Source: Candidatus Micrarchaeota archaeon (GTDB taxonomy: Archaea > Micrarchaeota > Micrarchaeia > Anstonellales > Bilamarchaeaceae). From it: 64,000 nt of DNA. The stretch spans positions 1 to 64,000 of the forward strand of contig JBBSVN010000007.1 of NCBI GenBank assembly GCA_038046765.1, given 5' to 3'. Each line of letters begins with the position of its first letter. Within the stretch, counting starts at the first letter, position 1. Under the pieces are notes generated by a model. The model searched no databases and was not told the DNA's origin. It saw nothing but the letters and a program-made list of their open reading frames with translations. The translations under genes and the position numbers were made by a program. Below, piece by piece: positions 19,165 to 27,743 of the stretch.

Positions 19165-20130
19165 ATGGGAATAAAAAAAAGAGTGATTAGGGGTAATGCA
19201 TACTACTACTTAGAAAAAAATATCCGTATCGGAGAAAGTAATTGGAAAACATTCTATATTTATTTAGGTTCAGCTAAGCCTTTAGTAAAAGAACTTAAAA
19301 AATACGAAAAAATCCTTGCTAAAAAAATAGACATATTCCTAAGAAATCACGTAATTAAGCCAGGAACAGAATTTATTGATTCTAAAACAGCACTACTTTT
19401 AGAACGGATAAAAACATCAAACAGTAAGATACTTTCTAAACTAAGTAAAGACAAGAGAAATGCACACATAAAGACTCAAAGAGAAGCGTTTATAACAAAT
19501 ACAAATGCGATTGAAGGAAGCAGATTAACATTAGACCAAACAAAAAGGATACTTGAACTTAAAAAAGAGTATAATTCTAAAGATAGAGAAGAAATAGAAG
19601 TTATAAATATGGGAAAATGTCTTGAACTTTATGATGAAATGCTAAATAAAAAAATTGATTTGAAAGAAGAAAAGATTTTGTATCTTCACCTAATCCTGCT
19701 TAAGGCAATTCCCGATTACGAGTCTTACACAGGAACATGGAGACCAGTTAATGTATATATTAGAGGTTCGAAATACGAATTTCCGCATTGGAAAGAAGTT
19801 CCAAAAATGGTTAAGGAACTTTTAAGCTGGTATGTGGAAAATAAAAATAGAATTCATCCGGTTGAATTAGCTGCAAAGTTTCACTCTAAGTTTGTAACAA
19901 TACATCCTTTTGCAGATGGAAACGGAAGGATGGCCAGGTTATTGCTTAACTATATATTAGAGCTAAACGGGTTTCCTTTTGTCGATATTCCATTTTCAAA
20001 AAGAGATGAATACTTTAAAACGCAGGAAGAAGGGCATTTTGGAAAGTATAACTCATTTGTTAATTTCTTAGTTGAAGAGATAAAGAAGCAATTTAAGGAT
20101 TTGAAAAAAGAATTTAGGAAAAAGAATTAG
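19165..20130 (+). CDS. Fic-family AMP transferase (class II, autoinhibited)
   Basis: HPFADGNGRMAR catalytic motif; TNAIEG inhibitory motif. Confidence 0.92.
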   Translation: MGIKKRVIRGNAYYYLEKNIRIGESNWKTFYIYLGSAKPLVKELKKYEKILAKKIDIFLRNHVIKPGTEFIDSKTALLLERIKTSNSKILSKLSKDKRNAHIKTQREAFITNTNAIEGSRLTLDQTKRILELKKEYNSKDREEIEVINMGKCLELYDEMLNKKIDLKEEKILYLHLILLKAIPDYESYTGTWRPVNVYIRGSKYEFPHWKEVPKMVKELLSWYVENKNRIHPVELAAKFHSKFVTIHPFADGNGRMARLLLNYILELNGFPFVDIPFSKRDEYFKTQEEGHFGKYNSFVNFLVEEIKKQFKDLKKEFRKKN

Positions 20131-21569
20131 TCAACCGTCGCAATAAATCCTTCTTCCTTTGCATCGTTTGCATATACTAAAAGCTTTCTTTTTGTAACGC
20201 TATTTGGAGTTAAGCCATTTAGAAACTTTTGGTCAATATCCCCAGCTAAAACAGGAATTCCTGCTTCTCTAAATGCTCCGTTAAAATGAGACTGCAGACC
20301 AAAGTTTTTTTCTTCACATAAAGCTACGGCACTTACGTTTGAATGATCTGCGAATGTAACTTCTTTGAGCTGCATAAGATTAAACGCGGTTCCGTCGGGA
20401 AGTTTTAGAATTAATATGTAATCCGAAAGAGAGTCATTTATCGAACCAAGTTCTTCTAATCCATCGATACTGTCAATGTAAACAACGTTGTTAGACTTCT
20501 TGATTGACCTACCAAATACAGAACTACCAAAATTTCTTGGGTCGCTATACGGATCTCTATCAACATTCAAAATTTTTGCTGAATCAGGTATGTCTGGTTT
20601 TTTTACATCTTCAAATAAAACAGGAGCGCATTGTAAAATTGACCAGTTCACCATTGAAGATGAAAACTCGTGATAAGATGAACCTGAAATGTGTTGCTTT
20701 AAGTGATTTAAAATTTCTTGTAACCCATTAAATCCGTCTTCAAAAATTTCGCCCATTTTACTTAGAAGGTCTCGAATTAATTTTGTACCACTTGACCTAC
20801 CTGAAGGATCTTTAAGGTTTGTTGCATGGTCAAGATTTCCCTCAGACAGCAATAGTGCTCCGGCTATATTACTATCCATGCTCATGCGATCAAACACTTT
20901 ATGATTTAGGTGACTGGATAAACAGGATCTAGACCACATATTATTCGCTCCTCCGATTCCAGTTCCAATCGTAAGTAATGATTCTTCTCCTCTAAAACGA
21001 GTAATTACATTAACATGATATGGTGTTCCGTAAACCTGTTCGCTAAAATCAAATCCTGCTACTGGCATAACTAAAACGCCTGGGTTTTCATCCATTGGTA
21101 AACCCACTCGTTTTTTAAATGCTAAGACATCTCTTGAAAAGTCACTTGCTAAAATTCTTTTTGCGATTTGTTCTAATTTTTGCATGCTCTCTTCTGTTCT
21201 ATCAGCTAGCATAAAATCAGTATGCCATAATCCGACTCCAGCTGGTGTGCATTCATCAGAGCGAACAGCAACATACAAGCCTCTGAATGGATCAACAGAT
21301 TCTCTTAATGCTTCTTTTTCTTCTCTATTAAAATCAGTTTTTTCGATCGCACGTTCTGATTCTTTATTTCTACTATCTGCTCCAGCTCGTGCTAGAAAAG
21401 GTCTCCATAAAAATGGAGTAATTGCGATTGAAGGCGGATAAAATATCCACGTATTAGCTTCTTCCAAGGTTTCAAAAACAGGTTTTTTTTCTCTTAGCGC
21501 TCGGCTTTTTGCTCCAGTATGATTTTGGCCAATAGTTTCCCTTGTTAGTCTAATATCAACTGAACGCAT
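20127..21569 (-). CDS. Divergent PEP-synthase/PPDK-like protein (ATP-grasp-like region plus phospho-His swivel)
   Basis: VAVRSDE..AGVGLWHT, GVLVMPVAG, ILQCAP, QSHFNGAFREAGIPV. Confidence 0.55.
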   Translation of the reverse strand: MRSVDIRLTRETIGQNHTGAKSRALREKKPVFETLEEANTWIFYPPSIAITPFLWRPFLARAGADSRNKESERAIEKTDFNREEKEALRESVDPFRGLYVAVRSDECTPAGVGLWHTDFMLADRTEESMQKLEQIAKRILASDFSRDVLAFKKRVGLPMDENPGVLVMPVAGFDFSEQVYGTPYHVNVITRFRGEESLLTIGTGIGGANNMWSRSCLSSHLNHKVFDRMSMDSNIAGALLLSEGNLDHATNLKDPSGRSSGTKLIRDLLSKMGEIFEDGFNGLQEILNHLKQHISGSSYHEFSSSMVNWSILQCAPVLFEDVKKPDIPDSAKILNVDRDPYSDPRNFGSSVFGRSIKKSNNVVYIDSIDGLEELGSINDSLSDYILILKLPDGTAFNLMQLKEVTFADHSNVSAVALCEEKNFGLQSHFNGAFREAGIPVLAGDIDQKFLNGLTPNSVTKRKLLVYANDAKEEGFIATVD

Positions 21570-21599
21570 ATTTCCGGGCTGGTTAAAGGTTAATTGCAG

Positions 21600-22001
21600 T
21601 TACTTCACCAACCTAAACTTAAACCCGTAATGAATTAAGCCTTCTGGATCGTCCTTTTGAATAACCCTAAAAACAGATTCAACTCTGTCGCCTGTTTTCA
21701 TATCATTAGCGTGAGCATCTACGATTTGCGTAGTTAATCTTGCTCCTTCATCTAATTCGATAATCGCTAAAACATACGGAATCTGGTCTTCAAAACCAGC
21801 GGGTGGTGCGTGTATTTCTGTAAATGCATAAATTTTTCCTTTCCCGGAAAATTGTATTTCTTCTAGTTTTCCCTTTCTTCTACAAGTTGGGCAGACAGCT
21901 CGTTTTGGAAAATATGTTTTGTGGCAGGTTATACATTTAGTACCAAGTATTCGGTAACGCTCGGGTATTCTTCTCCATGTTAATGGTATTGATTGACGCA
22001 T
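21600..22001 (-). CDS. DUF35 Zn-ribbon/OB-fold protein (thiolase-HMGCS scaffold)
   Basis: CITC..YFPKRAVCPTC, PYVLAIIELDEG, GLIHYGFKF. Confidence 0.93.
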   Translation of the reverse strand: MRQSIPLTWRRIPERYRILGTKCITCHKTYFPKRAVCPTCRRKGKLEEIQFSGKGKIYAFTEIHAPPAGFEDQIPYVLAIIELDEGARLTTQIVDAHANDMKTGDRVESVFRVIQKDDPEGLIHYGFKFRLVK

Positions 22002-22018
22002 GTTTATCTACCTCATAA

Positions 22019-22321
22019 TTACATTTCTTCAATTGGTTGACCAGTTAATGGACAACAAGGAATTGGACTTGATTTGATAAATGGACTATCTGGAGCCATC
22101 ATTAATGAGCATAAACCATAGAAATGAGCCGTACGAATTGTTGCTTTTGTGTCTGGCCTAACTCCAGTCGTCATTTCTCTAAATTTGCAATATTGTGACG
22201 TTAATTTCCCGAGTCGATGCATTAATCGCTTTCCACGAAATCCACGAGTATGTGCATGTACGTATAAATCTCCTAAATTTGCTACAGTTACTTTTCCGTT
22301 TTGAAGTTTTAGTTGTGTCAT
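22019..22321 (-). CDS. QKLK-GKVT family member 4 (100 aa, Cys-rich tail)
   Basis: MTQLKLQNGKVTVANL; GGTGA RBS. Confidence 0.75.
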   Translation of the reverse strand: MTQLKLQNGKVTVANLGDLYVHAHTRGFRGKRLMHRLGKLTSQYCKFREMTTGVRPDTKATIRTAHFYGLCSLMMAPDSPFIKSSPIPCCPLTGQPIEEM

Positions 22322-22326
22322 ATAAA

Positions 22327-22950
22327 TCACCATCTCCAACGTGTAGGGCGACCACAAAAATCATATTCAGCAGGACGCATAACCCTGTGGCCATAATCGT
22401 CAAAAATACCTTCTTTATCTCTTTGTATTGCTCTTTGATGGACTGCTTCAAGTTCAATGTCTCTACGTTCTTGTTCGACTACAATTTCTACTCTATCAGC
22501 TAGAACTTCGATTTTCTTTAGCATAACATCTAATTGATCTGATAGCGGTCTTAATCTTTTTTGACCAAGTTCAATTTCTGGAATATCTTTTTCCATTTTA
22601 TTTACTGTCTCGAGCGATGTTTCTATTTCACTTAATAGATCATTTGCGTTTGTTTTTATCGCAATTCCCCTAAATGTGTATAAATCTGTTTTCATTTTTG
22701 GTATAAATTCTTTAATTTCTTCTAAGACTTCGAACATGTTTTGGAGGTGTCTGCTCAAAACAGCTTCGTTAACTTCCGGTTTATCACAGGCAACTTTTAA
22801 TGATTCTTGATCTCCTGCAAAACCTTTAAACCGAAGAAATTGCTCCACTAATCTATCTGAACTTCTTCCCTTTTGTTTGCATATTTGATGTAGTGCGAAT
22901 AAAGTATTGACAGTTACTTTTCCGTCCATTAATCTTAGTTTTTGTTGCAT
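22327..22950 (-). CDS. QKLK-GKVT family member 3 (207 aa, coiled coil, YDFCGRP tail)
   Basis: MQQKLRLMDGKVTVNTL. Confidence 0.8.
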   Translation of the reverse strand: MQQKLRLMDGKVTVNTLFALHQICKQKGRSSDRLVEQFLRFKGFAGDQESLKVACDKPEVNEAVLSRHLQNMFEVLEEIKEFIPKMKTDLYTFRGIAIKTNANDLLSEIETSLETVNKMEKDIPEIELGQKRLRPLSDQLDVMLKKIEVLADRVEIVVEQERRDIELEAVHQRAIQRDKEGIFDDYGHRVMRPAEYDFCGRPTRWRW

Positions 22951-22961
22951 AAATATTTACC

Positions 22962-23333
22962 TTATAAATCTAGTAATCTTTTCGTTCTTATTGCTGCAGG
23001 TCTATCCGCTTCCTTTACAAAATCTGGTTCACTTGGCGGAAGATCTCGTTCTGCAAAAGCACGAGCTTCGCTCTTAAAAGGATATTCTCCCAAAGAAGTT
23101 GTACCTAACCTTTGCGCTAATTCATCAGCGTAATCTGGTTGCATTCGTCTAGCTTTTTTATCCATCTTTGCAAAGCCATCTCCGATAGAATCTGGAAGAA
23201 TCTTTTCTCTAAATCTTTTAAGTTCAAAAGCTAAGGTTCGATATGTACTTCTACTTGTAAATCGACCACCAGCGAGTTGATCGACATGTTCAGCAGTTAC
23301 TTTTCCGTTAGTTAGTTTTAGTTTCTGTTGCAT
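22962..23333 (-). CDS. QKLK-GKVT family member 2 (123 aa)
   Basis: MQQKLKLTNGKVTAEHV; AGGAG RBS. Confidence 0.8.
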   Translation of the reverse strand: MQQKLKLTNGKVTAEHVDQLAGGRFTSRSTYRTLAFELKRFREKILPDSIGDGFAKMDKKARRMQPDYADELAQRLGTTSLGEYPFKSEARAFAERDLPPSEPDFVKEADRPAAIRTKRLLDL

Positions 23334-23351
23334 AAATATCTCCTTTAAAAT

Positions 23352-24323
23352 TTAATAAACACCGGAACTCCCGTACGATCGACCTGCACCAACCTTCGCA
23401 CTAATCTTATCCTGTTCGATTTCCTCTTTAGTGCGCTTTCGTTCTAGTAGTGGAAGATCTGTATACGCAAGAGTTGGTGCTGGAATATCTGGTCTTAAAG
23501 TCATCCAATTACTCCTAGGACGGCCGCAAATATCATAATCTCCTCTGTAAGGTATTCTACCTGTTTCAAAATAAGCATCATTAGCTTCAATTCTTCTTGC
23601 CCTCGCGGTTGCATCGAGTTCCGCTTCATGTCTCCTTCTAATCCCTGCGTTTTCCTTATCAACGCGTTCTCTATTTTTTTCAATATCTTCATCGCGCTTA
23701 TATACCGACATGATATAAAGTATATACTCTAAATCAGTTAGGGTTACTGTTTGTATTTCTTGCCTTTCTTCATGTCCGAAAAGTTTCATTAAAGCAGCGT
23801 TGAACGGATGTTGGAGTTGATCTTTGTATCTATTAATTAAAACCTGGCTCGGATCTTCTTTACGTGCCTTGTTGTAAGCATCCATTAGCTCTGCATCATC
23901 AAGTTGTCCTGATTCAAAATATTTTTTACTTATTTCTTGCCAGTTTTCTCCTTTTTTAGCAGAAGCGATACATAATTCAAATAAATCATTTAGAGTTATC
24001 TTTTCTTGTTTGGGAATTGGCTTAGCAACTTCTGCAGCGATTGGTTTTTCTTGTTTCTCATCCTGTTTAATAATCTGGGGGTTTACTGGAGCGTCACTTT
24101 GTAATTTAGTCAACATGTCTTTAGCAAATGTATTAAGATCTCTAATGCCTCGCCTAAGTCTATCCTCAGAAGAAGTTGTACCTATATCCATCATATTTCT
24201 AAATCTGCGAATTTCTGAATATAATTTATCTGGGGTTCTCCCATTTTCACGTGCTCTTCTAGCTAGTACACTTACCTGTTTAGTTGTTACTTTTCCTTCT
24301 TGAAATTTTAGTTTTTGTGTCAT
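23352..24323 (-). CDS. QKLK-GKVT family member 1 (323 aa, YDICGRP motif)
   Basis: MTQKLKFQEGKVTTKQV; internal partial copy KITLNDLFELCIASAKKG. Confidence 0.8.
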   Translation of the reverse strand: MTQKLKFQEGKVTTKQVSVLARRARENGRTPDKLYSEIRRFRNMMDIGTTSSEDRLRRGIRDLNTFAKDMLTKLQSDAPVNPQIIKQDEKQEKPIAAEVAKPIPKQEKITLNDLFELCIASAKKGENWQEISKKYFESGQLDDAELMDAYNKARKEDPSQVLINRYKDQLQHPFNAALMKLFGHEERQEIQTVTLTDLEYILYIMSVYKRDEDIEKNRERVDKENAGIRRRHEAELDATARARRIEANDAYFETGRIPYRGDYDICGRPRSNWMTLRPDIPAPTLAYTDLPLLERKRTKEEIEQDKISAKVGAGRSYGSSGVY

Positions 24324-24353
24324 AAATTTACCTAGGTTCATCATTTTGATTAA

Positions 24354-24629
24354 TTATTCTGTAACAACATTTGTGTTATTTGCTCGGACTAGTATTATTT
24401 CCTCTTCATGTTCCCTTATCTGTACTAAAACTTTGCACCAACGAGTTCGGGTAGCAATACGAGCTAAGCTTATACCAAAATGACATTGATCTGGGTCTTC
24501 TTCGTAACCCATCCTAACTTTACGGCTCGCATCTTTAAATTTAATAAAAGAACTGTGTTCAATGTCGATCTTAAGATCAGAATTGTCTTTGGCACGCGTA
24601 TTAACTTTAGTAAAACGAATTTGGTTCAT
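24354..24629 (-). CDS. Small hypothetical protein
   Basis: 91 aa, GGTGA RBS, same tandem array. Confidence 0.6.
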   Translation of the reverse strand: MNQIRFTKVNTRAKDNSDLKIDIEHSSFIKFKDASRKVRMGYEEDPDQCHFGISLARIATRTRWCKVLVQIREHEEEIILVRANNTNVVTE

Positions 24630-24652
24630 AAGTTATTCACCATTTTTAAAAT

Positions 24653-24889
24653 TTAATAAATACTTTTACCTGTGCAACCACCGTAGTAGTGTCTTCGGAC
24701 GCTTGTATTAGATATAGTTCGATCTGCAATAAACTTTGCTCTGGTTTCTGCTTCAAGAGTATCTGTCGCAGAAAAGAATCGTCTTAATACTAATTGTCTT
24801 TCAAGTTCCTGTGCTCGTTTTTCAAGTACTGCTCGTTCTGATGGCGAAACTCTTTGCAATTTTATTGCTTGACTTTTTAATAATTTCAT
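24653..24889 (-). CDS. Small basic hypothetical protein
   Basis: 78 aa, AGGTAA RBS, tail HYYGGCTGKSIY. Confidence 0.6.
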   Translation of the reverse strand: MKLLKSQAIKLQRVSPSERAVLEKRAQELERQLVLRRFFSATDTLEAETRAKFIADRTISNTSVRRHYYGGCTGKSIY

Positions 24890-24906
24890 AAACATTTACC
24901 TTTTTT

Positions 24907-24955
24907 TTCGTTTGCTACTAGCAACTCGCCCATTGCTCAAAGCTCATGGCTTATC
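24907..24955. repeat. Heptamer tandem repeat
   Basis: TTCGTTT GCTACTA GCAACTC GCCCATT GCTCAAA GCTCATG GCTTATC. Confidence 0.75.
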
Positions 24956-26117
24956 AATATCCCCGTTTATACAAGTGTACAACAGCAGTTGCGCCTGATC
25001 CACCGACATTATGAGTCATTCCAATTTCAGCGTCTTTAACTTGTCTTTCTCCAGCTTCGCCACGAAGTTGCCATGCAATTTCAACAGCCTGTTTAATTCC
25101 AGTTGCACCAACCGGGTGACCACATGCTTTTAATCCGCCTGAAGTATTAACGACAACATCGCCACCATATGTGGTTTTGCCTTCGATACTTGCGTGTCCG
25201 CCTTTTCCTTTGGGGAAAAATCCTAAATCTTCAATTGCTAAAATTTCTGCAATCGTAAAACAATCATGAACTTCTAAAACATCGACATCGCTTGGTTTTA
25301 ATTTTGCTTGTTCAAATGCTTTTTTACCAGCTACTTCAGTTGCGCGTAATCTAGTTAAACTATCTCGAGAATGTAATGCAATGTTATCGCTTGCCTGGCT
25401 GCTAGCGAATATCTCAATTGGTTTTTCACAGTATTTTTTAGCAATTTCTAAAGGAGCTAAAACAACAGCTGCTGCTCCATCGGTTATTGGTGAACAATCA
25501 AAAACTTTTAATGGATCGGCAATCATTTTTGAATTCATTACTTGTTCAATTGTAATTTCTTTTTGATATTGTGCGTATTTGTTTTTAGCGCCATGTTTAT
25601 GATTTTTTACTGCAACGCTAGCCATCATTTCCTCTGTCGTTCCAAATTCTTCCATGTGTTTTTTTGCCATTAGAGCATAAAGCCCTGGAAAAGTAGCGCC
25701 TAAAAATAATTCCCATTCCTGATCTCCAGCACCACCTAAAATATCGCTAACTTCATTAACATCTAAGTCAGTCATTTTTTCTACTCCGCCAACGACAACA
25801 ATATCGTGCATGCCAGAACCAACTGCCATGTAACCTTGCCTTAAAGCTAAACTTCCGCTTGCGCAAGCTCCTTCAACTCTTGTAATTGGTTTTGGGGTTA
25901 AACCCATGTAATCAGCTAGTAATGCTCCAATATGCTCTTGACCCACTAATCTACCTGAAGCCATTGTTCCGATAAAACCTGCGTCCAGATCCTCACCATG
26001 AACATGCGCGTCATCTAGTGCTTTTACTCCTGCTTCAATTACTAAATCCCGAAATCCTCTTTCCCAATGTTCGCCAAATTGCGTCATTGCTGCTCCTATA
26101 ATTGCTACTTTTCGCAT
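24954..26117 (-). CDS. Acetyl-CoA acetyltransferase (archaeal thiolase)
   Basis: [41 protein letters not shown]. Confidence 0.96.
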   Translation of the reverse strand: MRKVAIIGAAMTQFGEHWERGFRDLVIEAGVKALDDAHVHGEDLDAGFIGTMASGRLVGQEHIGALLADYMGLTPKPITRVEGACASGSLALRQGYMAVGSGMHDIVVVGGVEKMTDLDVNEVSDILGGAGDQEWELFLGATFPGLYALMAKKHMEEFGTTEEMMASVAVKNHKHGAKNKYAQYQKEITIEQVMNSKMIADPLKVFDCSPITDGAAAVVLAPLEIAKKYCEKPIEIFASSQASDNIALHSRDSLTRLRATEVAGKKAFEQAKLKPSDVDVLEVHDCFTIAEILAIEDLGFFPKGKGGHASIEGKTTYGGDVVVNTSGGLKACGHPVGATGIKQAVEIAWQLRGEAGERQVKDAEIGMTHNVGGSGATAVVHLYKRGY

Positions 26118-26295
26118 GAATATACACCCTATAAACTCTTTTCTATTGTTCTTTGGCAATGCCAGCAAACAAATTATAAGTTAAAAACTAACCTAAAGCT
26201 TACACTAACGTTGTTAACTACGTTTTTTAAATAGCGCATATTCGTATACGTTGAATAACGAAAGACTAAAATTAGGCGAAATTAGCAGGGGATTT

Positions 26296-26901
26296 CTAAG
26301 GATTGACCAAACTCATCATTTCAATTGAACCTGCGCGCTCCAATACAAATAAACTCAACATGGTACCAAACCCTGCTTTTATAGATAAATATCTTTGTTC
26401 TCCAAAGTTAAGGTTCAACTCATCTTGCGCATATCTTGCCGTATGAGTAGAATGCATAAAATTTCTTATTTCAAACATAATCTCCACATCTGCTGCGCCA
26501 GGGCAGATTACAAATGGATCTGAATCTGCTTTTTTATTAGGTTTAAATTCGATCATTAGATGCGTACCACCAGAATGTTGTTCTTCAATTGCAATAATCG
26601 AATCGGGTTTGAATGTGACACCAAAAAAGTTATAAAATCCAAGACCAAAATTGGGACGAACAATAAAAACATCAGCATCAGTTGTATGCATTAATGCAGC
26701 AGTAACTAATAATTGTTGATCTGCCCTGTGTTTAGAAATAAATACCGCACCTTCATCCACACTTCCCTTATGTGTAAATGAAACGCTTCGGTCACATGAC
26801 TCTAAAAGTCTTTGCATAAATGTTTTCTGCGTTCGAGGTTTACAATCAACAGATTTAATAATTCTTCTTCGTTCTCTAACTTCCAATTGTGCTATGCTCA
26901 T
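26296..26901 (-). CDS. Hypothetical protein
   Basis: About 201 aa, Arg-rich N-terminus, no recognised motif. Confidence 0.6.
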   Translation of the reverse strand: MSIAQLEVRERRRIIKSVDCKPRTQKTFMQRLLESCDRSVSFTHKGSVDEGAVFISKHRADQQLLVTAALMHTTDADVFIVRPNFGLGFYNFFGVTFKPDSIIAIEEQHSGGTHLMIEFKPNKKADSDPFVICPGAADVEIMFEIRNFMHSTHTARYAQDELNLNFGEQRYLSIKAGFGTMLSLFVLERAGSIEMMSLVNP

Positions 26902-27259
26902 GAAAAACACCCATAGAATAATATAGATAAATGGAACTGTAATTTGTGTAACTATTAATGTACCCATGCGTTTAAAAAACATCTTTTACGACAAATAACT
27001 GAAAAAGAGGAATTGATTCCAGCTAAAAAAGATATATTCAGTTGCTGAATATTCAGATGGTGAATATAACTATTAACCAACCCAAGCTAAGTACTGGTTT
27101 TTATCATATGGTTAAATGATAAAACAAAATGTGAACAAAAGTTTTCGATTAATATAAAGCGGAAATAGAAATTGGCAAACATTATCAATTTCTTGCGAAT
27201 TTATTTTAAAATTTTTTTATACAAGCATTTAAAAAATTAGTCAAGCTAAACTTTAGAAT

Positions 27260-27676
27260 ATGCTTCCAATACAAGACTCTCTATTACGATTAATGTTAGC
27301 TACACTAATTGGTTTTCTTATTGGTTTAACGAGAAAAAATAAACCTGCAGGGCTTCGAACATTCGCTTTAATTTCCCTAGGTTCAGCCATATTTACATTA
27401 ATTTCAATTGAAAATTTGGATTCAGATAAAAGCAGGGTAATTAGTCAGATTGTAACTGGTATTGGTTTTCTTGGTGCGGGTGTTATCTGGAAACAAGGGT
27501 TTAAACTTAGCGGATTAACAACTGCGGCCGCCATATGGGTAACTGCTGCGATAGGGGTCATGATTGGATTAGGTTTTTGGGTAGAAGCTTTAGTCGGTGC
27601 ACTGTTAACAATCATGGTCTTGTTTTCAAAAAGAATATTTGTTAAAGCAGGTTTAGAAGAAGAAGGTGGGCAGTGA
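27260..27676 (+). CDS. MgtC/SapB family membrane protein
   Basis: AGLRTFALI, QIVTGIGFLGAG, GLTTAAAIW. Confidence 0.92.
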   Translation: MLPIQDSLLRLMLATLIGFLIGLTRKNKPAGLRTFALISLGSAIFTLISIENLDSDKSRVISQIVTGIGFLGAGVIWKQGFKLSGLTTAAAIWVTAAIGVMIGLGFWVEALVGALLTIMVLFSKRIFVKAGLEEEGGQ

Positions 27677-27743
27677 TTCTTTTAGTTTTTTTGTAACAAA
27701 ATTCGCAAGTCTTTAATTAACTTACGTGCTTATATACTACCTT

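Noticed and set aside
22179..22457. 92-aa minus-strand ORF bridging two array genes, suggesting a programmed frameshift
   Set aside because: Both overlapped genes have their own RBS, start and family motif, and no slippery site was evident.
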